Below are positions 38,218 to 46,425 of a DNA stretch of 60,532 nucleotides, piece by piece (position 1 is the stretch's first letter; each line of letters begins with the position of its first letter). Below the pieces are notes generated by a model. It made no database searches and was not told where the DNA came from. It worked only from the letters and a program-made list of their open reading frames with translations. The position numbers and the translations under genes are program-made. This DNA comes from Acidobacteriota bacterium. Its GTDB lineage: Bacteria; Acidobacteriota; Thermoanaerobaculia; Thermoanaerobaculales; Sulfomarinibacteraceae. The stretch covers positions 1 through 60,532 of the forward strand of contig JAJDNH010000166.1 in assembly GCA_022340775.1 (NCBI GenBank). The letters are read 5' to 3'.

Positions 38218-39132
38218 TCATTCGACGGCTGTCGTTCCCGGCGATTCACAGGTCGAGCGGCCGGGCACGACCACCTCCAGTGCGCCCGGCTCGATGGCGA
38301 AGCGCACGGATGGGGGCTTCAGGGACCAGTCGTTGCCGTCCAGATGGCAGGGGAGCGGCTCGTCGAAGTACAGCTCAAGGTACGGCGCCTGCAGCTCGAG
38401 GCTGCCCGGCATCTGAGCCAGCGTGCCGCGCAGCCCGGCCACCAGACGTGGAATCCGCCGCAGCGCACCCATTCCCTCCACCAGGCAGGCGTCCAGCAGG
38501 CCGTCATCCGGGACCGCTCTCGGGGTCAGGCGAAAGCCGCCCCCGGTCGAGGGCCCGTTGTGGACCGCGAGGATCGTCATCGTGCCCTCGTAACGGCGAT
38601 CCGGTGTTTCCAGTCGGACCACCGGAGCGGGGTAGCCGAACAGCGACGCAATGGCCGTCACCAGGTAGGCGGCAATGCCACGGACGACCTTGATCCGCGC
38701 TGCGCGGCGGCTGATGTCGCCGGTCAGGCCGATGCCTATGGCGTTGAGCACCAGGTGGCCGTCGACCGCTATCAGGTCGACGCGACTGGTCCGGCCCGCG
38801 AGCAGCGTGGCAGCCGCCTCGTCGAAGCCGAGCGGAATCCCGAGCGTACGGGCTGCATCGTTGCCGGTGCCGAGGGGAAGCACCCCGAGGCGCCCGCGGC
38901 CGGCGCGAAACAGCCCCTCGGCCGCCTCGCACACGGTGCCGTCCCCGCCCATAGCCACCACCGTCTCACAGCCCTCCTCAATCGCCCGTTGAGCGAGCTC
39001 GGTTGCGTGCCACGGCGCCTCGGTGAACACCGCTGGAGCCTCGACACCGAGGGCCCGGAGCCGTGCCTCCCGGCGCGGCCACTCCCTGCCCACACGACCG
39101 CCCGCAGCCGCAGGGTTGACGATGATGCGCAT
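38218..39132 (-). CDS. Diacylglycerol/lipid kinase (YegS/BmrU family)
   Basis: IIVNPAAA, GGDGT, PLGTGND, GIGL, DG.LD, HLDG. Confidence 0.93.
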   Translation of the reverse strand: MRIIVNPAAAGGRVGREWPRREARLRALGVEAPAVFTEAPWHATELAQRAIEEGCETVVAMGGDGTVCEAAEGLFRAGRGRLGVLPLGTGNDAARTLGIPLGFDEAAATLLAGRTSRVDLIAVDGHLVLNAIGIGLTGDISRRAARIKVVRGIAAYLVTAIASLFGYPAPVVRLETPDRRYEGTMTILAVHNGPSTGGGFRLTPRAVPDDGLLDACLVEGMGALRRIPRLVAGLRGTLAQMPGSLELQAPYLELYFDEPLPCHLDGNDWSLKPPSVRFAIEPGALEVVVPGRSTCESPGTTAVE

Positions 39133-39683
39133 CACGGCTCGAGCCGCGCCACGAACGGCTCGTAGGTCATGAAGTCGGCGTGATGGACAATCCACGCCTC
39201 CGTGGTCCGGGCCACCATGTCGCCCTCGCCGGCGTGGGTTGCAACGATGTGGCAGACCGCATCTGGCAGCCCGCACTCCATTGCCAGCGCCACGCCGGTG
39301 AACGGGTGCCGGAGGTACTTGCCGCGGGCGCTCTGCCGCGTCCCACCGTTCGGATCCGCTTCGTACTCCAGCAGCTTGCCGACATCGGCGAGGATCGCAC
39401 CGGCGACCAAGACATCATCGTCGACCGGGAGTGCATCGCCGCAGAACTCCCGGATCTTCGCTCCCGAGGAACGAGCGACGTGGACTACCAGACGCTTGTG
39501 GGCGAGGAACGAGACCGGGCAGCCCGGGACCTTGAGTGTGAATGGGATTTGCGCCAGGTCCGCGGGCTCAAGCGGCGAGAGCTCGAATGCCCGCACCCAG
39601 CAGTCGCGGACCTTCGTCCTCAGCTCACCATCGTCGATCCACTCCAGCTCGGGCCACAGTCGCTCGACCTCGTCGGCCAGCAT
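39132..39683 (-). CDS. HD/HDIG-domain protein with variant motif
   Basis: H..., AILADVGK (AD instead of HD), RH, H, HHAD. Confidence 0.8.
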   Translation of the reverse strand: MLADEVERLWPELEWIDDGELRTKVRDCWVRAFELSPLEPADLAQIPFTLKVPGCPVSFLAHKRLVVHVARSSGAKIREFCGDALPVDDDVLVAGAILADVGKLLEYEADPNGGTRQSARGKYLRHPFTGVALAMECGLPDAVCHIVATHAGEGDMVARTTEAWIVHHADFMTYEPFVARLEP

Positions 39684-39700
39684 TCCGCCTTCCTTTCAGG

Positions 39701-40933
39701 TCAGTCGGGCAACCCCGTAACCTCCACCTTCGCATCCGACAGCACCATCGGGGCCCCGCACGGCTTGCCACGCACGCCCCCAAGCCGGATCATCAGGTTG
39801 ATGACCCACCTCTGCTCGCGCTTGCGCCAGCGATCGATCTTGTCGCCGGCGTCGGTCGCGGCGACACAGAACAGGACGTCGCCGCCCATTACGGTGTTGA
39901 AGTAGCCCGCGAGCACCGCCACGCCGCCGTCCGTCTCACCCAGGGTACCGGTTTTCAAGGTCATCGCCCCGGCGTAATCCGAGCTGGCCAGTTTCGGAAA
40001 CATGCGGGGAACCGGCCCCTGGTCGCAGCCGGGCACCGGTAGCAGATCACGCGGCCTGAGATTGTAGGCGGTGATCGCCCTGCGGAACTCGCGCAGCATC
40101 TTGACGACCAGCTTCGGCGTCATCTGGTTCGAGCCCTCACCGCAGGCGGTCTCCAGTCGGATCTTGTGGTCCGTGTCATCGAGCTTCTCGCGCAGGAACG
40201 CCTGCAGCTGAGCGGCCCCACCGAGACCGTCGGCGATCCGCTCGATGTCGTTGTTGGAGAAGACGTTGAACCGCTTGAGGATGACGGAGAGCGGGTTCGA
40301 GAGGTGGCGAAGGAGGGGTTTCGCCAGCACGCCCCGCCCCAAGTGCACCTCCCCGCTGACCGCGATCGCCGGCGGGCTGCCCACATCCCAGCCCCGACGC
40401 TTGCACTGCTCCTCCCACTCGGCCCGCTCGTCGGCCGTCCAATGATCCGGATCGAGCAAGTGCAGCAACCTTTCGCCGGCTTGCAGAGAGCGCACCGCCG
40501 GGTTGGGCGACCGCTTGAAGGGACCGCCCTCCCAGCCGAGCCAGAACTTCCCCTGGATCACGATGCCGCCGTCGACCTTTCGGATCCCCAACTGCCTGAG
40601 CTCGCGGGCGACCAGAAAGGCGTTCTCGGGTTGGAAGTCGGGGTCGTCGCCCCCGGTCACGACCAGTGATCCGTGGATGACCCCAGCCTCGCGGTTCCAG
40701 CTGCCGTCGTATCCGAACAGGGTCGTGAAGCGGTGGTCGCCACCGAGGCGCTCGAGCGCCCACCAGGTGGTCGCCACCTTGGTCACAGACGCAGGGTTGA
40801 ACTCCAGATCCGCGTGCGAGGCGTTGATCTGGGCGCCTCCCGCTGACTCGACGTCCCAAATCAGGTTGGCCTGGCCCGTGCCGCAGACCGCGACTCCCAG
40901 GAACGCTGCCACGAGTAGTCTGGTGTACTTCAT
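39701..40933 (-). CDS. dacB: D-alanyl-D-alanine carboxypeptidase/endopeptidase (peptidase S13, PBP4-like)
   Basis: PASVTK, SNN and KTGT motifs; GGDDP; signal peptide. Confidence 0.85.
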   Translation of the reverse strand: MKYTRLLVAAFLGVAVCGTGQANLIWDVESAGGAQINASHADLEFNPASVTKVATTWWALERLGGDHRFTTLFGYDGSWNREAGVIHGSLVVTGGDDPDFQPENAFLVARELRQLGIRKVDGGIVIQGKFWLGWEGGPFKRSPNPAVRSLQAGERLLHLLDPDHWTADERAEWEEQCKRRGWDVGSPPAIAVSGEVHLGRGVLAKPLLRHLSNPLSVILKRFNVFSNNDIERIADGLGGAAQLQAFLREKLDDTDHKIRLETACGEGSNQMTPKLVVKMLREFRRAITAYNLRPRDLLPVPGCDQGPVPRMFPKLASSDYAGAMTLKTGTLGETDGGVAVLAGYFNTVMGGDVLFCVAATDAGDKIDRWRKREQRWVINLMIRLGGVRGKPCGAPMVLSDAKVEVTGLPD

Positions 40934-41065
40934 GTCGCCGAATGATATACCAACGGACGGGAACGGGGGAACCGGCCCGACCAAACCTCCCTGGGCGACC
41001 TTCGCTCGAGAGAAACGAGCCGAAGCAACGCCAGACCTCCAAGCGGAGCAACAGCTCGTCCGAGT

Positions 41066-41251
41066 TGAGTCCGGGTCGTCCATGAGCGATCGTAGCGAGA
41101 CCGGCGAGGCGTCTGTCAGCGCAGGGTTCTGAGCGTCGAGCTGCCGGAGGCATACCTGGAAGGTATGTTGAGGACAGCGAGACGAGAAGAACACGGCGAT
41201 GGCTGGCGTATCGCTGGTCGCAGTAGATCGCGAGTGAATGATCCGGGCTAG
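41066..41251 (-). mobile_element. ~185-bp palindromic MITE-like element, copy 2
   Basis: Reverse complement aligns along the full length with 129-313; terminal TAG is the stop codon of 41248-42678. Confidence 0.85.
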
Positions 41252-42678
41252 GGAAGGAGCAAGCGGTCGGCGAGGGCAGAACGCAGGAGGCGCCCGGGAT
41301 CGGTGCGCTCCTTGATGGCGGCGAAGCGCTCCAGCTGCCCATCGCGGAAGGTGGCTCGGTACAGCTCGCCGGGCAGGGCTGCGTCCTTGGCCGGATAGAA
41401 CCGGCCGCCGGCCTCGACCACAGGCTCAGCAAGATCGGCGACCAGCCGCCACAGGCGGTCGCGGTTCGAGGCCGTGACCGGGAAATCGAGCGCCAGCGAG
41501 AATCCGTCGACGGCGTGCGTCAGCAGGAAGGGGTCGGGGCGGTGCCGCTTGAGCACAGCCAGGAACGAGGGCAGCCCGGCCCGGCGGCACAGCTCGAGCT
41601 GGCGCGCGAACACGCCCTCGGCCTCGGCCACCGGCACGAACGACTGGTGCTGGATGAGGCCCCCCGGGAGGTACACTCGCTCCCAGTTCGGCACGTAGTC
41701 GAGCAGGAACGAGAACTCGGCCAGCGTCTGGCGGTACCGCTTGTCGTTGCCGATCGTGCTCCCGAGTCGAAACTTGACTGCGTTGATGAGGCGCATCCCC
41801 GGCCGGTTTGTGAGGGGCTTGAGGAACCTCCAGAGCAGCGCCTTCGGGACCACCCCTGCCAGCCTCGCCGGCAGGTCCTGCGCCTCGGCCCGCAGGCTTT
41901 CCTGGGCGGCCGGGTCCTCATCTGCCTTGACGTGGTTGGCGAAGTGGAGCAGCCCGCGACCGCTGCGCCCGCCGCTGGCGAAGGCATCGATCCAGCCGAC
42001 CACGTACTCCCACCGATTCTTCGCGTCGTCGGCCAACCGCAGCATCGTGGCCAGGTCCTGGGCCGCAACCGCATGCACCTCGAGGCGGCCGGAGTGGACC
42101 CGCTTGAGCCGAACTCGGGCGCCGACGATGACCCCCAGCTGGCCGAAACCGCCGATGACGGCGTGGAAAAGCTCCCCGTCGGTCTCGGGCGTCACCGTCC
42201 GCAGTTCGCCGGACGGTAGCAGCATCGTGAGCTCCAGGCAGTGCTCCCCGAGTGTGCCGCGAGTCCAGTTGTTCTTGCCGTGAACGTTCATCGCCAGACC
42301 GCCACCGAGAGTCGGCGTCATGGTGCCGGTGACGACCTCTGGCCACCAGCCATCCGCGAGGACCGAGCGCCACAGGTCGTGGAAGGTCACGCCGGGCTCG
42401 ACTTGGGCGACCCCGTTCGAGGCATCCCAGCCGAGGATACGGTTCATCTCTGAAAGGTCGAGGACGACAGCTTCCGCGAGCAGCGCAGCATCGCCGTAGC
42501 TGCGGCCCGCCCCGCGCAGCACCACCGGCACGCCGCGGCTGCGGGCAAGCTCCAGCACCTCGCGTATCTGGCCGACGTTCGTCGGGCGGTAGACATAGCC
42601 GGCGGCGCCGGCCGCTCTGCCCCAACCCTCGACCCATTCGACCTGCCGGCCCGGTAGCGCGTCGCGCATTCGGCTCAT
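41248..42678 (-). CDS. FAD-binding oxidoreductase, DprE1-like
   Basis: RGAGRSYGDAA, VTGT..PTLGG..A.NVHGKN, GGFG.LG, GGRFYPAKD. Confidence 0.88.
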   Translation of the reverse strand: MSRMRDALPGRQVEWVEGWGRAAGAAGYVYRPTNVGQIREVLELARSRGVPVVLRGAGRSYGDAALLAEAVVLDLSEMNRILGWDASNGVAQVEPGVTFHDLWRSVLADGWWPEVVTGTMTPTLGGGLAMNVHGKNNWTRGTLGEHCLELTMLLPSGELRTVTPETDGELFHAVIGGFGQLGVIVGARVRLKRVHSGRLEVHAVAAQDLATMLRLADDAKNRWEYVVGWIDAFASGGRSGRGLLHFANHVKADEDPAAQESLRAEAQDLPARLAGVVPKALLWRFLKPLTNRPGMRLINAVKFRLGSTIGNDKRYRQTLAEFSFLLDYVPNWERVYLPGGLIQHQSFVPVAEAEGVFARQLELCRRAGLPSFLAVLKRHRPDPFLLTHAVDGFSLALDFPVTASNRDRLWRLVADLAEPVVEAGGRFYPAKDAALPGELYRATFRDGQLERFAAIKERTDPGRLLRSALADRLLLP

Positions 42679-43427
42679 ACCTTCAGGTACTTGAAGATGA
42701 ACGAGGGGATCGAGCGGACGACCAGGCTCACCAGGCGCCAACGGGCCGGGACGTAAGCGGTCGAGACACCCCGTCCGGCCTTCCTGAGGATGATCGCCGC
42801 GGCGCGGTCGGCGGACACCACCATCGGCAGGTTCTTGAAGTCCGCCACCATCGGCGTGTCCACGAACCCGGGCTTGACCGTAACGACCTTGACACCGCGG
42901 CGGCCAACCCGGTTGCGCAGTGCTTCGAGGTAGGTGTGCAGCGCCGCTTTCGAGGTGTTGTAAGCGGGCGCGCCCGAACGCCCCCGGTCCCCGGCCACCG
43001 AGCCGATGCCCACGATCGTCCCCTGCTGCAGCCGCCAGAACCGCTCGGCGGTCGGGTTGAGCCAGGCCATCGCACCAAGCAGGTTGACCTCGATCATGTC
43101 GACGTCCTTGTCCGTGCTGTACTCGGTGAACGAAACCGGGTGGCCGACGCCGGACGAGTAGATCACGAGGTCGAGCCCGCCAAGCGCGCGGGCGATCTCC
43201 TGCAGCAGCACCGGGACCTCGTCGCGGTGGCAAACGTCGTGAGCGAAGGTCAGGGCCCGCTCCTCGCCCGCGGCCCGGTTGATGTCGCCCGCGATCTCGG
43301 CCAGCCGCTCGCCGCGCCGCGCGACCAGCGCGACCCGCGTCCCCTCGGAGGCGAGGTGGCGCGCGAGCGCCTCACCGATGCCCGACGAGGCGCCGATGAC
43401 GAGCGCGTGGGCGAACCGTCGGGTCAC
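42675..43427 (-). CDS. SDR oxidoreductase, DprE2-like
   Basis: GASSGIG, SVAGDRGR, YNTSK, VKPGFVDTPM; coupled to the DprE1-like gene. Confidence 0.88.
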   Translation of the reverse strand: MTRRFAHALVIGASSGIGEALARHLASEGTRVALVARRGERLAEIAGDINRAAGEERALTFAHDVCHRDEVPVLLQEIARALGGLDLVIYSSGVGHPVSFTEYSTDKDVDMIEVNLLGAMAWLNPTAERFWRLQQGTIVGIGSVAGDRGRSGAPAYNTSKAALHTYLEALRNRVGRRGVKVVTVKPGFVDTPMVADFKNLPMVVSADRAAAIILRKAGRGVSTAYVPARWRLVSLVVRSIPSFIFKYLKV

Positions 43428-43557
43428 GTGGCCCACCCTCCACGGATCGCCCGCGCGAGGGCTCGAGACCCGCCCATCGTCAAGGACCTCATCATCACGC
43501 CTCCCTCCACCGACCATCGCCGTTGTGTTGGCCCGCGCCTCGCGTCATTGTAGCGTC

Positions 43558-45462
43558 TCAGGATCCGGGGACGCCGGTCGCCGCTTCGGCTACCGCGAAG
43601 CGGAGGCCCGCGGCTGCCTCCTCGACACGCCGCTCGTACTCGTCGGAGAAAACCAGCTCCCGGAGCCGTTCGGAGGCCGGCAGCACCATCGCGCACCCCT
43701 CCCAGGTCACCGGCTCGCCGCTCGCGGCATCGACTACTCGTCCCCGTTCGACGAGTGCCGTGGCTTCCGCCAGCGGCACGTTGGCAAGCGCCGCCTGCAG
43801 GGCGCGGAAACGAGCCTCGTGCTCGGGCCGGAGGAACCGCACCAGCTTCCGGCTCTGGGCCGCGACGTGGTAGTGCGAGGGAACATAGAAGATCCCGTCG
43901 AGGCCGACCATCTCCCCTACCATCACCAGCCAGCCCAAGACCTCCTTGAGGATTCCGAGCCCGGGATGCTGCTGGCCAGGAAGCGGCGGCCGGTCGTCCG
44001 AGAAACGGGTGCGCGGGTTCTGCAGCAGCAGCCACTCCAGGGCCAACACCTCCATACCCGGCACCGCCCTCTGGCTGCGGTTGGCCCGCAGCTCGAGCAG
44101 TAGCTCGTTGCGACGCGGGTCGCTCCACAGGCGCAGCGTGTGCCCGAGCGGGTGCGACAGCTCGAGGTCCGCCATCGGGTTGTTGAAGCCACGGGCGCGC
44201 AGCTCGGCGAAGATCCCGAGCCGCTCCAGCAGTAGCTCGACGCCGCTGCGCGTGAGGTAGCCGAGGAACCTCGTCTGCCTCGGTATCCCCGGCACGATCC
44301 CCACCAGGTCGTCTTCGGTCAACCGCCACTCGTAGGGTCCGGGCTCGAGCGTCAGCTCCGCCGGGTCCAGCTGCCGTGTCAGCCGGCGCAAGCGCATCAG
44401 CACCAGCTCGTCATTGTCCGGCGGCTCGACGGACTTGTCCGTCAGCAACCAATACAGGAACCGGGCGCTGTGTCGCCAGGCGCGGTCGCCGTAGCCGCCG
44501 CCGAGGACGATCACGGTGGGTACCGACCGCCGGTCGTGGCGGAGCAGCTCGATCACGAACTGGTCCCGCCGGAGCAGGCCCTCGGATGAGATGCACCAGT
44601 TCCCGAGGCGGTCTCCGGCTGCCACATCGGCGCCGGCAAGGTAGATGACGAGGCCGGGGTCGACCTCTTCGACGACTCCGGGAAGGGTCTTCAGCAGCGT
44701 CCCCAGGTACAGCTCGTCGGTGACGTCTTCGCCGAGCGCGATGGCGGTCGAGGCCACCGCTTCGGTGTCGCCCCAGTCGGCGTTGTGGACCGAGTAGGTG
44801 TAGACGGTCGGATCCTGGGCGAACACCGCCCTCGTTCCGTTCCCGTCGTGCAGGTCGAGATCGATCACTAGCACCGGCGCCCTGAACCCGTGCTCGCGCA
44901 GACGAGCCACGGCAATCGCAATGTCGTTGAAGATGCAGAACCCCATCCCCTGATCGGGCAGCGCGTGGTGGAAGCCGCCGCCGAGGTTGACGCCGACGCC
45001 ACCAGTCATCAGTGCCAGCCGCGAGGCCTGGATCGTCCCTCCAGCCATCCGCCGCTGCAGGTCGAGCAGAGGCTCGACAGCTGCCGGCCCCACCGGCGAG
45101 CCCAGGATCCTGCCGACCACCTCGGGTTGCTGGACTGACTCGATGTACTCCGGCGTGTGAACCAGCAGCAGGTGGTTGAGCGATGCCCGACGCGGTACCG
45201 AGAGGTCGGAGTCCTGAACCAGGCCTTCCTCGCTCAGGAAAGCCAGGATCCTCTCGGCCCGTCGGGGATCCAGGGGAACGTCCGGCATCTGGTGGGTGTA
45301 GTCGCGGTGGTAGACGAACCGCACACCCCGGCGACGGGCGCATCGGCGGAGCCAGCGCCAGCGGCGGCGAAACGCCCGGCGTAGCCGGCACAGCCAACCA
45401 CAGGGCCCACGCAGGTCGGCATCGCCGTTCTCCCCTGCCGTCGGACCTGGTCTGCTGCTCAT
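43558..45462 (-). CDS. Histone deacetylase family protein with long uncharacterised C-terminal domain
   Basis: GGGFHHA, GFC, DLDLHDGNG, GD.LG, GGGY; C-terminal EWLLLQNPR..LPGQQHPGLG. Confidence 0.88.
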   Translation of the reverse strand: MSSRPGPTAGENGDADLRGPCGWLCRLRRAFRRRWRWLRRCARRRGVRFVYHRDYTHQMPDVPLDPRRAERILAFLSEEGLVQDSDLSVPRRASLNHLLLVHTPEYIESVQQPEVVGRILGSPVGPAAVEPLLDLQRRMAGGTIQASRLALMTGGVGVNLGGGFHHALPDQGMGFCIFNDIAIAVARLREHGFRAPVLVIDLDLHDGNGTRAVFAQDPTVYTYSVHNADWGDTEAVASTAIALGEDVTDELYLGTLLKTLPGVVEEVDPGLVIYLAGADVAAGDRLGNWCISSEGLLRRDQFVIELLRHDRRSVPTVIVLGGGYGDRAWRHSARFLYWLLTDKSVEPPDNDELVLMRLRRLTRQLDPAELTLEPGPYEWRLTEDDLVGIVPGIPRQTRFLGYLTRSGVELLLERLGIFAELRARGFNNPMADLELSHPLGHTLRLWSDPRRNELLLELRANRSQRAVPGMEVLALEWLLLQNPRTRFSDDRPPLPGQQHPGLGILKEVLGWLVMVGEMVGLDGIFYVPSHYHVAAQSRKLVRFLRPEHEARFRALQAALANVPLAEATALVERGRVVDAASGEPVTWEGCAMVLPASERLRELVFSDEYERRVEEAAAGLRFAVAEAATGVPGS

Positions 45463-45648
45463 GTCCGCAGTATAGCTTGCCGCATCGCGGCATTCCAGCG
45501 CATCCCTGGAAGCGCGCTGAGCAGGCGGATCAGAACAATCTCACAGGACGGACTGAGCTACGATGGGGTGAGGCGACCGCGAAGAGCCGGTCAGTAGGGA
45601 ATCCACGGCGGTCCGAAACCGCTGTCTCAAGGAGACTGGAGTACGGCG

Positions 45649-46068
45649 ATGCCAATATCCCTCACCGTCAAGGTCGCTTTCGAAGCCGCCCACCGCCTCC
45701 ACAACCCGGACCGGACAGACGGCTGGAACCGCGATCACTTCGGAAAGTGCAACAACCTGTACGGCCACGGGCACAACTACGTGCTCGAGGTCGAGGTCGG
45801 AGGCGAGACCGACCCCGACACCGGATACCTGATGGACATGAAGGAGCTCAAGGGGATCCTGCGCCGGGTCGTGGTTGACGAGGTTGACCACCGCCACCTC
45901 AACCACGAGGTTCCTTGGCTCGAGGGGACCAACCCCACGGCGGAGAACCTGGCCACGATCTTCTTCCGGCGGGTGGCTCCGGAGCTGCCGCCGGGCGTCC
46001 GCCTGCGAGCGGTCACGGTCCACGAAACCGACCGCAACAGCGCCACCTTCCGCGGGGAAAAGGAATAG
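45649..46068 (+). CDS. queD: 6-carboxytetrahydropterin synthase / PTPS family
   Basis: FEAAHRL, C.N..GHGHNY, DH..LN, PTAEN, ET. Confidence 0.9.
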   Translation: MPISLTVKVAFEAAHRLHNPDRTDGWNRDHFGKCNNLYGHGHNYVLEVEVGGETDPDTGYLMDMKELKGILRRVVVDEVDHRHLNHEVPWLEGTNPTAENLATIFFRRVAPELPPGVRLRAVTVHETDRNSATFRGEKE

Positions 46069-46100
46069 ACCGTGGGCTCTCTCCGCGGCACCACAACGCT

Positions 46101-46200
46101 CAGATCGCAGAGGTCCAGCCGCCGGAACCGGGCAAACAGGATCCCCTCACCAGATGCGGTCCCGCGGTGGGGCGGGGGTGGGGCGGAAGGAGGCGAGCGG
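46101..46200 (+). repeat. REP-like intergenic repeat, copy A
   Basis: Shares TCCCCTCACCA and exact 21-mer CGGTCCCGCGGTGGGGCGGGG with 54392-54476. Confidence 0.7.
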
Positions 46201-46294
46201 AGCGGCCCCTCGGGACCGGCACGACGGACCGAGGCTAGCCTCGAGGACCGACTGACGGTTCCCGAGGAGTGCGGCCGCAGGCCGCGGATCTGCC

Positions 46295-46407
46295 TGAGCC
46301 CGAGTCCTCCTGTCGTCACTCACTGCGAGCGGCGGCATGCCACCTAGTGCCGTGCCTTTCGCATCTCACGGGTCTCGCTACGATAGCCCGCGGACAATCC
46401 GGGTCAG
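46295..46407 (+). mobile_element. Internally deleted (113 bp) copy of the MITE-like element
   Basis: Both arms align to copy 1; 72 bp are missing between the two internal GCGTCTCG direct repeats. Confidence 0.7.
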
Positions 46408-46425
46408 CTGATTGGAGCGACGGCG

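Noticed and set aside
43424-43495. 23-aa uORF (MMRSLTMGG..) with an RBS, overlapping the SDR start
   Set aside because: No supporting motif and the SDR has its own GGAGG RBS; cannot be distinguished from chance
45575-45648. Known preQ1 or THF riboswitch upstream of queD
   Set aside because: Lacks the consensus features I can recall (for example the preQ1-I A-rich tail); kept only as an unclassified candidate
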